DNA of 64,000 bases from Anolis carolinensis (taxonomy: Eukaryota): NCBI RefSeq assembly GCF_035594765.1, contig NC_085845.1, forward strand, positions 56,600,024-56,664,023, given 5' to 3'. Under the pieces are notes generated by a model. That model was not told where the DNA came from. It made no database searches and worked only from the letters and a program-made list of their open reading frames with translations. Within the stretch, counting starts at the first letter, position 1; the number at the start of each line of letters is the position of its first letter. Shown piece after piece: positions 48,250 to 62,019 of the stretch. Position numbers and translations under genes: made by a program.

Positions 48250-51200
48250 GTATAGATGTATCCTAAGTCACTGGTACAGACTGTATAGATAGCTGAAAGC
48301 TTTATCTGGTATCAGAATAAACACTTCCAAGGCATTAAGAATCCTACCAGAGGCCATTCTGGAATTTTGTCTACTATTTCGGGTGAGCCAACGAGTGATC
48401 CAGGCCACGGCTTTTTTCTATAATGGTGCCTTTTGAATTGTTCAGGCATTTTATTGACTTTAAAATGTTAGTCTCTGATATTAGAGAAATATTTCTGTCT
48501 CTTGTCTTTGTTATTTTATGGTGTGGGTGTTTAATGACGTGTATTATTTTAATAATTGTATATAAACTGCTTTGTGAGGCTTGCCGAAAATTTAAAAAAA
48601 TGTAGAATTCCAATTTGTCTTGGTGATCATACAAAGGGGATAAGAATGGTAAAAGAACCATCCCTTCTTCTTGAAATTTCTGAGACTACTTAATCCATAT
48701 AACTCTGTGACAGATGCAGATTTGCATGAAAAGCAGATGTATGTGTTTCAACTCATACTTTTATCTTCTGATTAGAGTAAAAGTGAAACTTGGAAGATGT
48801 CTGCCAAAAATTGTTTCCTCCCCTCACTTTCTGAGTTAATGTTTTTAACACAGGTAGAGAACTGTGTAGTTACTGGACTGGGCATGTATTTTGGCATTGT
48901 GAATGTGGGCTGAACTCTGCATTGAAAAAATACCACACATTCTTAGGGTGTTAATTGCATTCTGTAAATTGGGCTTTGGTGAATTTTTTTCAGGATTGTT
49001 ATGGGAAAAAATGGGATAGCTCCATATTTACAGCCCTGAAGGCAAGGTTGGGTGGAATTAAGGAATTGAGATACAGATTTTTGTTGTTTATTATGTGTTA
49101 TTTGTTTTGTCTCACATCATCATTAAAGTTCAGATGTGAAATTGTAGGCTTCATTTCAGACGGACTGAAATGACTTTACATGACACTACACAGTGCTCAA
49201 TATACAAATGGAATCCATCTTTATATTGATGAGCTTGTATATGTGAGATGAAGAACCTAAACATGATTTTTTTTGCTGTGATTGCTATGCAGAAACAAGT
49301 TGTTCGAAGGCAGAAATTTGGCCATTCGTTCTCCCTTCTGCTCCATACATCTCTGTTCTGTTGCATCTACCATAGTACTAGTGTTGGTTGGTTGGTTGTC
49401 TTTCATTTTTCTTGAGAATTTGGGGAAAAGCTTTGCCGTTTTTTGGCCTACCGAATTGTACAAAACACGTCATTCAAGCTTTTGAAGCTCCACTGCCTTA
49501 TTCATTGGCCAAAGAATTTTTAAAATCCTACATAAATCAAATTTAACATGTTCCCTGAAGAAAAATGCATTGGAGCTTTGAAAGCTTGCAGGATGTGTTT
49601 GTGCATTTCGGTTGGCTAATAAAAGCATCACTCTTTTGTGGATTTGTTTTATTTTGCTGTGTGTCAATTCTGGTTACCACTTCATATATATCTTTGAAAG
49701 TTTAGGTGTACAGTATTTTTTTTCATTTCCATCCTGTTTTTTTCTAGCCTGTTTGATCATAAGACAACATATTCCAAGATGTCATTTTTGAATTCATGAC
49801 TGGAAGACTTTATGAACTTGTGCTTGGATTTCCAGGTGATATATTGGCTATGCTATACGAACACAAAATATTAGTTAAATAAAACAATGTATAGCTTTAA
49901 ATGTTGTTGCTGTTGGCTGCTCAAGGCAGCTTAATTAAGTTATTTTCTTTCTTTTATGGAAATGGCTATAAATTACATGTGTGCTTGTGCCTAGAACATT
50001 TGCTGTGTTTGTTTCTTAGTTTTAATAGTTTCATGTAGGTGGCAAATTATATACAATGTTGCATTTGTTCATTTTTTCACTCACAGCTTCTTGTTAAAGC
50101 CACAAAACAGATGGGTTTTAAAGCTTTCCTCTGTGACATGGGTAATTTTAAATTGGTGAACTTTTTGTTGGTCTTATCTCTGACAGAGATTGGTTGTAAA
50201 TCATAGGTAGTAGCTTTATATTTCATTCTTTCAATGAATGGTAATCCTGTACATGTCTACTTAGAGGTAAGCTGTTATTGAATTCAGTTGGTCTTATTTC
50301 CAACTCAGCAAAGATAGGATTGAAGATTAAGGTAGCCTGACATTCTTAGATCAGCAGTTCATTTTAAATTGGATATTGGTTAGTTAGTTCAATGGTATTG
50401 CAAATATAAATGTTATATTTCTATTATAGAGGCATTGAAGCAAAGCTGGTTTGAAGCATGATTTGAATTTAGTTTGAAACCTAAAGTGTGAAAAGTTAAC
50501 ACCATGTGCATATCCACCTACAACACCTTTACTACTTTTCTTCTATGTGTGAAGCTTATTCTGGCATTGCCGTTCATGTCTCTTCTCTCAGCTGGTTCTA
50601 GGTCCCATATTAGGGATGTGTGTGTGTGTAATGTGTTATTTTTAAATATAAAAATGCTGTTGCCTTCATAGATAAAACACTGCTCATGTATGCACTATAT
50701 AATATCTGTAGCAGACCTATTTTTTCTGTTTAATTCACAATTTCCTCTTTAAAATGAAAGAAAAGATCACAATCAAACTCTTACTTGGATTTTAGCATGT
50801 GTTACTATAGTTATGAAAGAGTTTCAAAATTCCCTTACAGAGCTCGGAACATAGGAATGGCAATTAATCTTTCCTGGAAATGGAAAGTAACTGACCCAGT
50901 TGCAACCAGGTGTATTTCCCCCCTAATTTTCTATTCTTTTTCATTTTTTTCTTAATTCCACTGTATGACATAGTTTTAGAAGTGTTGAATGTTAGAAGTT
51001 GAATTTTGTTTGAGGTCCACATTCAGGATTGGATCTGGAAGCAATGATTTCATCAGGGTAAAAAGAAAGTCTTCTGAACCTTTTTCTGATATATAATAAG
51101 CTTAGAGCAAGGCTTGGGAGAGTTAAAAACAAATGTGTTGAAGCTCCTATCTAGCTAGCAAATATCAGTAATCTTTTCAAAGAAAGGCAAATATTCAGAC

Positions 51201-52090
51201 AGGGACTGGAAGTATATACAACAGCAAAAGGGCAGAGGAGGAAAATAAGAGAGTTGTATTTTTTTCCATATTGTGTGGAAATTCGTGGGAGAAGGAATAC
51301 ACAACACAGATGTCACCATCGATGCTGATCTTGTGTTCTTTGCAAAGTTTAGTGTCATCCTAAATGCAGTCAGAAATGTGTACCTTTTTGATCTAGACTT
51401 GTTTTCTTGAAAAGATTTTATCAAGTGCAATTTATTTTTAGAGCGTGCAACATACAGTACACTATACTATTTAAAATACTTCAGAAAGCTGGTGTAATCT
51501 ACATCAGAGTACAGACAGTTGAGTTCTTTCACATTATCTTAAGGGGATACCTATTCCCTGTAGTTCCTTAATTTTTTTTTGGTAATTCCAAGCAATCTAC
51601 ATTTTTCATTGGCATACAGTTATCTTTGGCAAAATACGTAATAGCTTCTGAGATGTAGGAACTACTTACAACATTGCTTTAGCATTAATATATTCAAAAT
51701 TGCCAAGATTTTCTCTTTTGGGGTCTTTTCTGCAGCTACCATAATACTTATATTGGCAATGTCTCAGAATATTTCAGAATAATCTCAAATTTCTACTTAT
51801 TTTCTCAGGTCATAGTGCGCATACTGAAATGTTCACCATATGCCATCTTCTTATTAACAGTACACTGTGGCCTGGATCAAATAAACACACTGTCAGGGTG
51901 CAAGTCACCAGAAGTGTATTGAAGTCATTGTTTGTGTGTGATGGAAGCTATTGTTTTGTCCCCAGTTTCTCTCTTGCTCTGTAATAACAGCTTGGGGGTC
52001 CCTAGCTGAACATTTCTCCCCCCCCCCTTTGAATACTAGGATATTGCACAAAGAAGTTCAGGATAGTTTCTTTTGCACTGCACCCCAAAG

Positions 52091-52124
<34 letters not shown>

Positions 52125-53272
52125 ATTTGTATTTGTATTTATACCTAGCTTTATCTCTCCGAAGGAGACTCAAAGTGTTTTAACATAAAAACATTAGTAC
52201 ACAATTTAAAATATACAAATATGCAAACATTAAACAGAATTAGATATAGGCAAAGGTAAAGATTTTCCCCTGTTCTCAAGTCTAGTCGTGCCTGACTCTG
52301 GGGGTTGATGCTCACCTCCATTTCTAAGCCAAAGAGCTGGTGTTGTCCATAGACACCTCCAAGGTCATGTCGCTGGCATGACTGCATGGAATGGCGTTAC
52401 CTTCCCACTAGAGAAGTACCTATTGATCTACTCACATTTGCATGTTTTCAAACTGCTACGTTGGCAGAAGCTGGGGCTGACAGCAGGAGCTCACCCCGCT
52501 CCCTGAATTCGAACCACCAACCTTTTGGTCAGCAAGTTCATCAGCTCAGCGGTTTAACCCACCACAGCACCAGAGGCTCCTTGAACTAGGTATAAACACA
52601 GTGTTTAAAGTTCACAGTTAAAAATATTCACATTCAAATATATTCAATGCATATTCAAAGCTAAAACCACAGCACGCCCTATATTCTTAAAAATCTTCTT
52701 CTTTGAAAGCCTGTTTGAATAAAATGGTTTTAGCCTGCTGCTGGACGGACAGCAGGCCATTCTGGCTTCTCTGGGCAGGGAGTTCCAGAGTTGATGGTCA
52801 GCCACAGAGAAGGCCCTCTCCCGTTCCACAAACCAAGCTTGAGATGAAGGCGAGACCAAGAGAAGTGCCTCTCCTGAAGATATCAGGGCCCGAGCAGGTT
52901 CATAGAAGGGGTTGCGGTCAGCCAAATAGCCTGGACCTGAAACATGTAGGGCTTTAAAGGTCATAACCAGCAGTATGAATTGTGCCTGGTAATAGACTGG
53001 CAGCCAGTGGAGCTGTTGCAACAGGGGGGTTGACTCTTCCCTGTAGCCAGCCCCAGTGAGCAACCTGGCTGCAGCTCTTTGGACCGTCTGAAGTTTCCAA
53101 GCACTCTTCAGAGGCAGCCTCACGTAGAGCGTGTTACAGTAATTCATATGGGATGTAATTAAGGCATGTACCACCATGGCCAGATCTGGCTTCTCAATGA
53201 ATGGGCACAGTTGGCGTATAAGTTTTAATTGTATAAAGGCCCTTCTGGCCATCACCAACACCTGGGCTTCCA
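52091..53272 (-). mobile_element. L2 3' portion (ORF2 C-terminus + 3' UTR, (TTG)n at tail) with a nested Sauria SINE
   Basis: VVHALITSHMNYCNTLY..LQTVQRAAARLLTG..LLQQLHWLPV..RAFSVADHQLWNSLP. Confidence 0.9.
52249..52580 (-). mobile_element. Sauria SINE nested in the L2 3' UTR
   Basis: Homologous to 39999-40329; TSD gaattagatata/gaactaggtata. Confidence 0.92.
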
Positions 53273-53544
53273 GGTTTATTTAGGTTTATTTAGTTTTGCA
53301 CTTCATTGTATTTTTGCTGCATGGACAACACAGCTGCTCTGAATATGTTTCATGGTCCATCTAAGTAATTATTCTATGTCATGAATGGTATATCAGCAAT
53401 AATTGATTGATATTAATTCAGGGCTCCTCCCTACTTAATGTGATCTTAAATGGATTCATTGCACTTTATCTATTTACGAATTTGTTATTCATAGTGTGCA
53501 CCTTGCTTATCCACTATTGCAACCTCATTGTTTTTAACTCGATG

Positions 53545-53634
53545 TTTCATATGTTATCATTGCTTTGTATTTGATTTTGCTGTAAGCCGCCCCAAGTCCC
53601 CTTCGGGGGAGATGGAGGCGGGATATAAATAAAC

Positions 53635-53679
<45 letters not shown>
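53545..53679 (+). mobile_element. L2-type 3' tail with (TTA)15
   Basis: tgtaagccgccccaagtccccttcgggggagatggaggcgggatataaataaac followed by (TTA)n at 53635-53679. Confidence 0.75.
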
Positions 53680-54976
53680 GCCAGGTGACTGGTAACTATG
53701 AGCTTTTGGAGCATGACATTTAAAAGATGGCAGAGACTTCTAAAGCACATTATACATTTTTCTTTCTAGTACTATCCAAAGTAAAATGCATATTCTGGTC
53801 ATAAAGAAAAGTTGTCCATGTTTTTTTTTTTTTCAAAATGAAGTGAACAGTAAATTAAAATTTCCTGTTGAAATAACTAATAAGCTCAAAACTGGTGTAT
53901 GACAGTATATAGTTGGAATGCTGTATTTTATGTACAATATTAAATTTGTGGAAGCTTAAACTTGAATTACTCTGATTTTAATGGAGGAAATATTTTAGAG
54001 GGAAATGAAATGGTTTCTTTACATCTCTGTACTCCTGCAGCGTAGGCATTCTGGTACTTTCCCTACAGATTTAGGAAAGCAAGCTATTCATTCTCCCTGG
54101 GGGGTTGACAAGACTGGGCATGTACTTGATCTCCTGATTTTAAACTTTCTACAGATAAATTGCTGTATAATTGTTTCACCTCTCAATCAATATTTTCTGG
54201 TCTTTCACCATTTCTATGCTTTAGCTGTTTCAGCATATTCGGTTTTTGTACTTTGTCTAAATCGTCAGTCAAATTATGATGCTAAATTTCAAATAAATCA
54301 GTGAAATTAGAGATGTTTAGCCTTATTTATTATTTTGAGTTGTTGCTTCCGTTTGTGGAAGAAAGGATTGTGTTCAAAGACCCCAGGCATTCGAAATAAC
54401 ATTGAGAATAAGTCAGCTCATATTTTTAAGAGTTGATTTTTCCAGACTTATACATGAGCATATGGTGTACTTTCTTTTGCACCTTGTTCAAGGGTTGAGG
54501 TGGTGCCACACCTAATTACAGCATAATTCCTATCGTGTATTTGGAACTAAGTTGCACTTTATTTGCCGAGATTTTCTAGAACATAAGAGTAATTGGAGTG
54601 AAGCTTATAGAGATGCACATTCAAGTAAACATTTCTTCTGCTGACAGATTGGTATGGGCTAACAAGACAGAACTGCTATATGTTGAAGCAATACTGTATG
54701 TTTAAAACACTTGTCAAAAAAATTATATCTGTGATGAAAATATATTTGGAATGTAATGCATTAGCTTTACACACCATTAAAACAGAAAAATTAAATTTTA
54801 CTAGAAAGGTAGAACAATACTCTTCTAATTTCTATGTGCGTGCATGTATTTAAATGAGAAGCTAAATTGTAAAATAAGCAGAAAACAACTGCGCCGAAGT
54901 ACTTGCTCCAAATTAAATTGTTTGTATGATTCTACTCTTAATATATTTAAATTAAGCTCTCTTTTTGTATTTAAAG

Positions 54977-55087
54977 CTGTCTTTTGGGGAGATATTGCCT
55001 TAGATGACGAAGACTTAAAAATCTTTCAGATTGACCGGACTATTGATCTCACACAGCATTCAAATGAGAGAGACAGACACAATACAG
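54977..55087 (+). CDS. TLL1: Tolloid-like protein 1, coding exon 2 (prodomain)
   Basis: Translates (A)[36 protein letters not shown](G), matching recalled vertebrate TLL1 [27 protein letters not shown]. Pyrimidine tract plus AG at 54975-54976, donor AG|GTAAG at 55088; 111 nt, phase 1-1. Confidence 0.96.
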
Positions 55088-55399
55088 GTAAGCTGCTAAG
55101 GATTTTGATTGGTTTACATAAAGAGAATGTTCTATATTCAATTTTTGCTTTCTTATAGATCATAATATAATTTCTGGAAATAATTTTACTGATGTGATTT
55201 GATAAGCCACAGAGATATACAAACACATTTGTGATTTGATTTGTGATTTTCTGTTACTTACAGTGGAGTTTTGACTTTTTACAATCAATTCAACTTTTTT
55301 TAAAAAGTACAATTATACACAATCCAAAACTAGCAAAAGTTGATAGGAAGAGGACAATTTGAGAGCTCCATAAATCTGCCTAGTCCAAAGACCTATACA

Positions 55400-55580
55400 A
55401 TAAAATAATATTGAATGTAATGTTTAATATGTGTTAATTTTAATTCAGTTTATTTTAAGCTTAGTGTTTTGTATGTGTTTAAGGCATTGAATAATTGCCG
55501 TATGTAAGCCACCTTGAGTCCCCTTCAAGGTAGAGAAAGGCGGGGTATAAATAGGGTAAATAAATAAATAATAAATAAAA
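55400..55580 (+). mobile_element. L2-type 3' tail
   Basis: tgtaagccaccttgagtccccttcaaggtagagaaaggcggggtataaata..(TAAA)n. Confidence 0.7.
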
Positions 55581-57357
55581 TATGTGGCAATGAAACACCA
55601 CAACTGTACCTCAGACTAACTCTCAGAAAATCTTCTATTCATTTATGAGGGGAAGTACTTTCTTTCAATGATTTGAATATGTGGTCAGGTTCATGAAGGA
55701 TGAACCGATCTGTTAGGTATCTTGACCTTACGTTATGCAAGGATTTTAAAGGACTTGGGCTCAAAAATGGACCAGAACCCAGTGAAAGAGGGCTAACATG
55801 TATCCAATTCTGGCATTGCAAGAAAATAAGTTGGTGTCTAGGGCCATACATGCCAGTTGTGCATCTTTTTTCATGCATGTGTTGTCCTTCCACTGGCAAA
55901 CTTCGACATTTGGCACAAAGGTCTGAAGGGGAATTCTAAGCATATGCAGTTAACTGCACTTATAAGATCCCTTTACAGACTGGTCACTGTAGACATGAAT
56001 TAGAATCTCCCATCAGAATTTTGTACTAAATGAATGGAGCTAATAAAGTTGCTTTCATTCACATTTTCCTGGTTATAAAATGGTAAGCCTTCAGATATGT
56101 TGAATTTCTGTGGTTAAATCTGCATCTAACCAGTGCTCTGTAGTTATCCCTGGACATATATTTATGTAGGTAATGCCATGCTGGTGATATCTGCAGTCAC
56201 AATGACACACTTTCCAGGATCTGTCATGGGAATTGCAGCACAAGAAGTGCTGACTGTATATAGTAAGAATCCTATCCTGCATACAAAGACTAGGAGAAAT
56301 GGGACTGCAACTTACTGGGTTTTCCATGGGAAGAAATTCTGGGAATGGCTTGTTAATACATGGCAGCAGCTGTGTAAATAGTTGGCTTATATTAGCATGT
56401 CTGGGAAGCACAGTGCAAAGATGGGGAACACCCTTATTAGTAAGTGTTAACTGTAGCAGAGACAAACTGAGCTGCGCTGCATTTCAAATTTAGGGAGAAA
56501 TCGGCACAAACAGCTCAAATGAAATTAATATCCTTCTTGCACTTTCCAGTGTCTCCCAACAAAGTATGCAGGGTAGATATGCAGTTCTGTTTCAAGTCAA
56601 GCCCATACCTGATAAAATAAGAGGGAGATATGCTACATACCTTCTTGTCTTTGCCTACCTCTGTCATTAGACCTATTCAGTAAAACAGAGGATGCTATCA
56701 CAGAATGAGTTGGAGGAGGAGGTTCTTTTGATACTCTTTCCTACTTTGGTGAGAGGAGTCTTCCTATGAATTCTTTGGGTGTTTATTCAAGACATAGTAG
56801 TATAATTATAATTTATCATTTTGTTTTTTGCGTAAATTACACAAAATATGACATGTAATCCTTGCCTCCAACCAAGGTATTCCAAGTGAGCTATATTTCA
56901 TTTTTCTTGATACCTTATAGAGAAATGTTTTTGTGCCTTAGTTTTAGCCTTGGACAAAAATGATTCCAATTTGCAATACAGAGCAAGAACAGGGAAACCT
57001 TAAGTCAAATTTTTGTTAAATATTTAGCACATTATAGGTAGAAACATGTAACAAAATGACCCTTGCCGTGGCTCCTTTTTACTTCAGGTTTTCAGTCAAG
57101 TGTTGGAATTTCCAATTTTGAAGTTCTCCACTTGAAACTGGGTGGCTAAATCAACAAACAAAGTGAAGAAGTATTTGGAGGTAACTTGGGGTTGTTTCTT
57201 GTTCCAGGCTAATGCCTGAAGGGAAGGGCCAGTAAAACTTCTCATGAGAGCAGGGCATCAGGACCATGGACAGCTCGTTATGAAGCTGGAGGCATTCACA
57301 GAACACTGAAGTGTGGGTGTTGTTTTAGCTGGGATTTGGAACCAAACTGAGGTCTTA

Positions 57358-57507
57358 GGCCCCTTCCACACAGTGGAATAAAATCCCACATTATCTGCTT
57401 TGAACTGGACTATATGGTAGTGTGGACTCAGAAAACCCAGTTCAAAGCAGATATTGTGGGATTTTCTGCCTTGATATTCTGGGTTATATAGCTGTGTGGA
57501 AGGGCCC
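57358..57507. mobile_element. PIF/Harbinger MITE (150 bp)
   Basis: TTA|GGCCCCTTCCACACAG ... CTGTGTGGAAGGGCCC|TTA; 3-bp TTA TSD. Confidence 0.92.
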
Positions 57508-57571
57508 TTAGTCTTGGCATCAGGTATGTTTTCCTTGCTCAGCCTACTGAGGAATAACAGCCTTAAAGGCT

Positions 57572-57730
57572 AGACTCAGCTCTGATTAGTACTTGGATGG
57601 GATCTCCAATGAATACCAAGTGCAGTAGGCTATATTTCAGATGAAGAAACTGGCAACGCTACCTCTGAATATTCCTTGCCTAACAAAATCCTATTAATTT
57701 CATGAGGTTGCCATAAATCAATGGACAATT
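57572..57730 (+). mobile_element. 5S rRNA-derived SINE, 5'-truncated
   Basis: ttagtacttggatgggatctccaatgaataccaagtgcagtaggct corresponds to the 5S 3' half, followed by the tail shared with 25365. Confidence 0.78.
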
Positions 57731-60230
57731 TGCATCCTGCTCCCCAGATGATGGCACCATCAATGCTACATGTCCCTCTTGGTTCTCCAGGAGATAGCAT
57801 GAAGGGCAAGAGGGATCCCCATGCACTACCACAGTTTCTGAGGAAACGGACTCTAAATCAGGGGAGTAAAATAGAGTTTCTTGGGGCAACAGGTTAGGTA
57901 TGGGGGGGGGGTCTTCCTTGTGAGATATATGGTAGTATAATGCCTTGTGGACGCTTTCTGGGATTAAAGTATCTTTTTCCTTGGCTTTCTTAAGTGTCCT
58001 CTCAGATCATAAAGGGATCTGACAGATTGAGATTTAAAAATAAATAGAAGTGATTTTTTGGGGCACTCTTCTCTTGGGTACCACATTGTTAAAAATCATT
58101 GGATTTTCTCTCCAAAATTTGGTTCAGTTTTACACAAATTAATATTATTGTTATACTGGCAATAGATTGCCTACTTCACATGCAAAGTATTTCTCATTAT
58201 ATCACACTTTCTGTTCTCAGTAGCGGTTTCTGGGCCATAGAAATCGGTATTAATGGAGTCTTTAGGGTTTAAAACACTATAGTAAAAGTTAATGATAGTA
58301 AATTGTTTACATTAGTTAATTAGAATGAATATGTGAATAGAAGAAAAATCTTCACAAGATACATAATTAAACCCCAAATTTATTAAAATAAAATTGGTAC
58401 AGATGGTATAACCAATTATAAAACACTATGCAACTGCAAACACATTTAAATCATTATAGGTGGAAATGGATTTAAAGAAAATATAAGAAGTCCTTTTACT
58501 TTTTCCTCAGGAATATTTCCAGAATCTATTCTAATATGTTCTTTTCTTTATTTGGATGCAGAATGTAGGTTGTTGCCTGAGACAGAAGGGTAGGAAAGGG
58601 GTTCAGGGCTATGGAGGGTTAGGTATGGCCAGTGAGATTGTCTTGTGCAGGAATAGATAATTTAAACATGTTATTTTAATTTTGCAAGAACCTGTTGTGG
58701 AGTGCATCCTATCCAAACTGTGTCAGTTTTTGTATGTGTTAAATTAACTATGAATTTCCTGACATTTTTTGTTCTTAATTTAAATCAACACATTTTGGAG
58801 AGGATGCAACCCACAATACGTTTTCAGTAAACCAAGTGCCTGTTAGAAATTTTGTCCCTAGCACAATGGTGGCTACCAAAAGGGCCTGGGAAACAAGTGA
58901 CTTATGGTTCACATCTTCCCCACAACTTTGCCCTTTCACACTACATAATTATGATTCCACTTTAACAACCATGGAACCTCCTATGGAATCCTGAGGTTTT
59001 TAGTTTCGATGATGATGATGATGGGTAGATAATGTCTACCTTAGCACTGTAGAAGGATGTTTCAACTGAGAAATCTTCTTGGAGAAAAGGTACTTATATC
59101 TTGCTTCTTCCACTTTGATTGTCAGCTAACCAGGATTAAATGACATGACCTGCATTTCTCCCAACAGCAGTGCAGGTCAGGTCATTTAATTCAGTTTGTT
59201 ATTCAGAGATTCAGAAATCAAGAGATGAAACATTCATAACTTTGGAAATAAATATATCATCTATTAATATCAATACATAAACCAGTAACTTGAGGCACTA
59301 GTACCAATTCAAAAGTTGGCTGTGCTGTCTCTCCCAGCTTTCTCTCTTGTGCATATGTACATCTCTTGAGACAGTCTTTGTGTTGTGTCTATTTGGATTT
59401 CTAAAAGATTGCTCTTTGTTAATTAACACAGAGGTAATTAATGGATTATTTTGAATACATTCGTCTATTTTTACTTATATTTTCTTGAAGTCACCTAGCT
59501 GCTTAACACAGTAATTTCTTTGATCTTTTCATAGCTCTCAATTTGAAATGGTAATAGACTCCATAACATGCCCCCCTTCTTTCCCTCAACAAATGGTTTT
59601 AATTTTCTTTGAACTATTTTTCAGTTTTATTTTGCTGACAATACACAGAGCAAAGCAAACATCTTCTTTGACTCTTCAGTGCCAGTGATTGACTTGATTA
59701 TCTTGCATTTTTACTTTGATTCACAGACATTTCAAACTGTGTTATAATTATCCTGTCATCTTTTACAATGTGCAGCATCTCTCAAATTAGTTTTCTTCAT
59801 GCCATCTACAGGAAACATATGTGCTCACCTTCTGAAAAAGCAAGATACTATTTTTAGACAAAATTATGATATTTCAGGATGTGTAATTTTTAAATCTAAT
59901 TTTTAAAATACCAGGATCAGAATATTAATTATTTTATTTGTTGCAAGAACTAGTATAATGCCTTTTTAAAAATGAGTAGCAATGTACTTTATCTGTACAT
60001 TGATCAGGCTTTAGTATTAAACTTCGTCTACTTAGAAGTAAGCCCCACTGAATTCAATTTAATGCACTTTGAAGTAGATAATAGGTATAAGATTGGATTA
60101 TTATATTGCAATGCTAGAATTACTGATTTATGAATAAGTCCTGTTCAAGTCAGTGAGATTTATTTCTGAATGTTTGTGCACATATACATGAATACATATA
60201 TATTCTATATATTTTATGTATATTCCCTCT

Positions 60231-60234
<4 letters not shown>

Positions 60235-60266
<32 letters not shown>
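60235..60266. repeat. (AC)16 microsatellite
   Basis: Direct reading. Confidence 0.95.
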
Positions 60267-60268
<2 letters not shown>

Positions 60269-61641
60269 TTCTGTCAAAGTCTTCTATTTTTTCTCATATG
60301 TTTTTGTTTCACGTATTAAATTATAGTCTGAAAATGCTAGTATCAATGGGCAGTAAATGTTTTTGGTCTTATTCGGTGCATAGTGATACTCACAAAATAG
60401 CTAATTGTAAAGGAATGTCTTAGAGTATTGCCTCATTCTCTTAAAATCTCAGCAAAAATTTGAGAAATGTTTCTCAAGGGTTCCTGCCACTATGTGACAG
60501 TGTAATAGAAATAATTAGACAGATTACAGAGCAATTGTGTAAATGTGTTTGCCATATATAGTACTGGGCACTTTGTATTAAGCCTGTGAACACTGTCATT
60601 TGGGGAGCTTGTATGAAGACTACATGTCAGAAGAATTTGGAGAATTGCTAAAATGGCCAACCTGTTTTTCATTATGCCTCATTAAGCTTATAGTCCTGTG
60701 CATCCTTTTTTGGAAACGAATTGAACACAGTGAACTTAACTTTTGAAACTGCATGCACTGGTATGTGATTTAAACCTTTAGTTTCTTCCAGACTTCCTAT
60801 AATATGCTTCAGAGAGAGTGGCAGAAAGTGAGGCAGCTAATGCAAATACTGTGTATTGTCCTAAATCTAGTTCTTGGACCCAACTAAAGTTGACTCATTA
60901 GTTCAGTGAAACTAACGGTAATACAGTATTCCATTCTTTGTGTAAATTCTTTTGACCCAGGTGAAGAAACTGGCAAAGCTACAAAATGGGACGGATAATA
61001 TTAGGATAAAAGTCTCAGCTTTTGAGACTTTTCAGTACACCAGTTCTTTGGCTATTGATACTGAAGTTACTAAACTATCGAGTAAATTATCCATCTGGGG
61101 TTTGTAGTATCTTACAAGAGTACATGCATGTTAATAATTTAAGATGTATCCTGGTGATATTTTAAATTTTGCAATGACAATCACCTTTCTCGCAAATGTT
61201 TATGATAGTTTCATAGTCCATTTTAAACTTCTGGATACCTACAGATTAGAGAGATGTATAAGTCTCCACTTTCCTAAAAGAAGGGCATGGTATACCAGTC
61301 ATAGTACAAGATTGCCAATGTCTATGAGAAGAAGGGCAATCCTTCAGACATTATTTAGATGATATAATTGTTGTGAATTGTTCGAATACCAAAGTTACAC
61401 TTGCTGACATTATAGAATGTGCACTGAAAATACTTTAGATGGCAACTATGTTTATGTTTCATTCTCATTTCCTTAAAGAATTTGAATGTTAATTGCCCCA
61501 AGAATCTTCTGCAATGTTAAAGCTACATTTTGTCAGCTAGACCCAAGATTAAGAAAAATATCATTTTCCCACTTCATTTTAGTATAAACATATGCTACAT
61601 GGATGTGTGCAAGTTCTCACTGGATTTTCTCATTTTAAAAG

Positions 61642-61722
61642 GTGGCTTTGGAGAACGTGGAGTATCAAAAAAAAGTGATGCCCTCCATCAGCTTATAGAC
61701 AGGATAAGAAAAATTGGTTCAG
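61642..61722 (+). CDS. TLL1: Tolloid-like protein 1, coding exon 3 (prodomain)
   Basis: Translates (G)GFGERGVSKKSDALHQLIDRIRKIGS(G), compared with recalled TLL1 [28 protein letters not shown]. AG at 61640-61641, donor AG|GTATTG at 61723; 81 nt, in frame with exon 2. Confidence 0.94.
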
Positions 61723-62019
61723 GTATTGTGCTGTTTCAGTTTCTCTTGATTTAAAGTTAAAATTTACCATGCCAATAGTGAGAATACTGTGAAACTTACT
61801 CTTTTCCCCAGCCCATATTTTTCACTTGTGTTTACACGAAAAGATGTGTCAGCTTCATTCAGTAGAAATATATGAGCAGAAAGGAATGTGTACAAATTGG
61901 GTCCCTCTGCTGGGATCAACAGAGCAATTTTTATGGGCTGGACAATTCTGCATATGTGTAGATAATACAGAGTCATTTTCTTAAAAGTAATGGGCAAATT
62001 ATTAAAAAGAATGAGATTG

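Larger units (their letters stand above)
1..54976 (+). other. TLL1: TLL1 intron 1 (3' portion; exon 1 lies upstream of the window)
   Basis: No signal peptide/YKDPCKA-encoding exon or CpG-island promoter seen upstream of exon 2. The sequence is AT-rich and TE-laden. Confidence 0.75.
55088..61641 (+). other. TLL1: TLL1 intron 2 (GT-AG, 6554 bp)
   Basis: Bounded by the exon 2 donor and the exon 3 acceptor, with compatible phase. Confidence 0.88.

Noticed and set aside
54844-55158. Full 104-aa ORF as a CDS
   Set aside because: Only 54977-55087 matches TLL1 and has splice sites; the rest is intronic read-through. The same applies to ORF 61530-61754.
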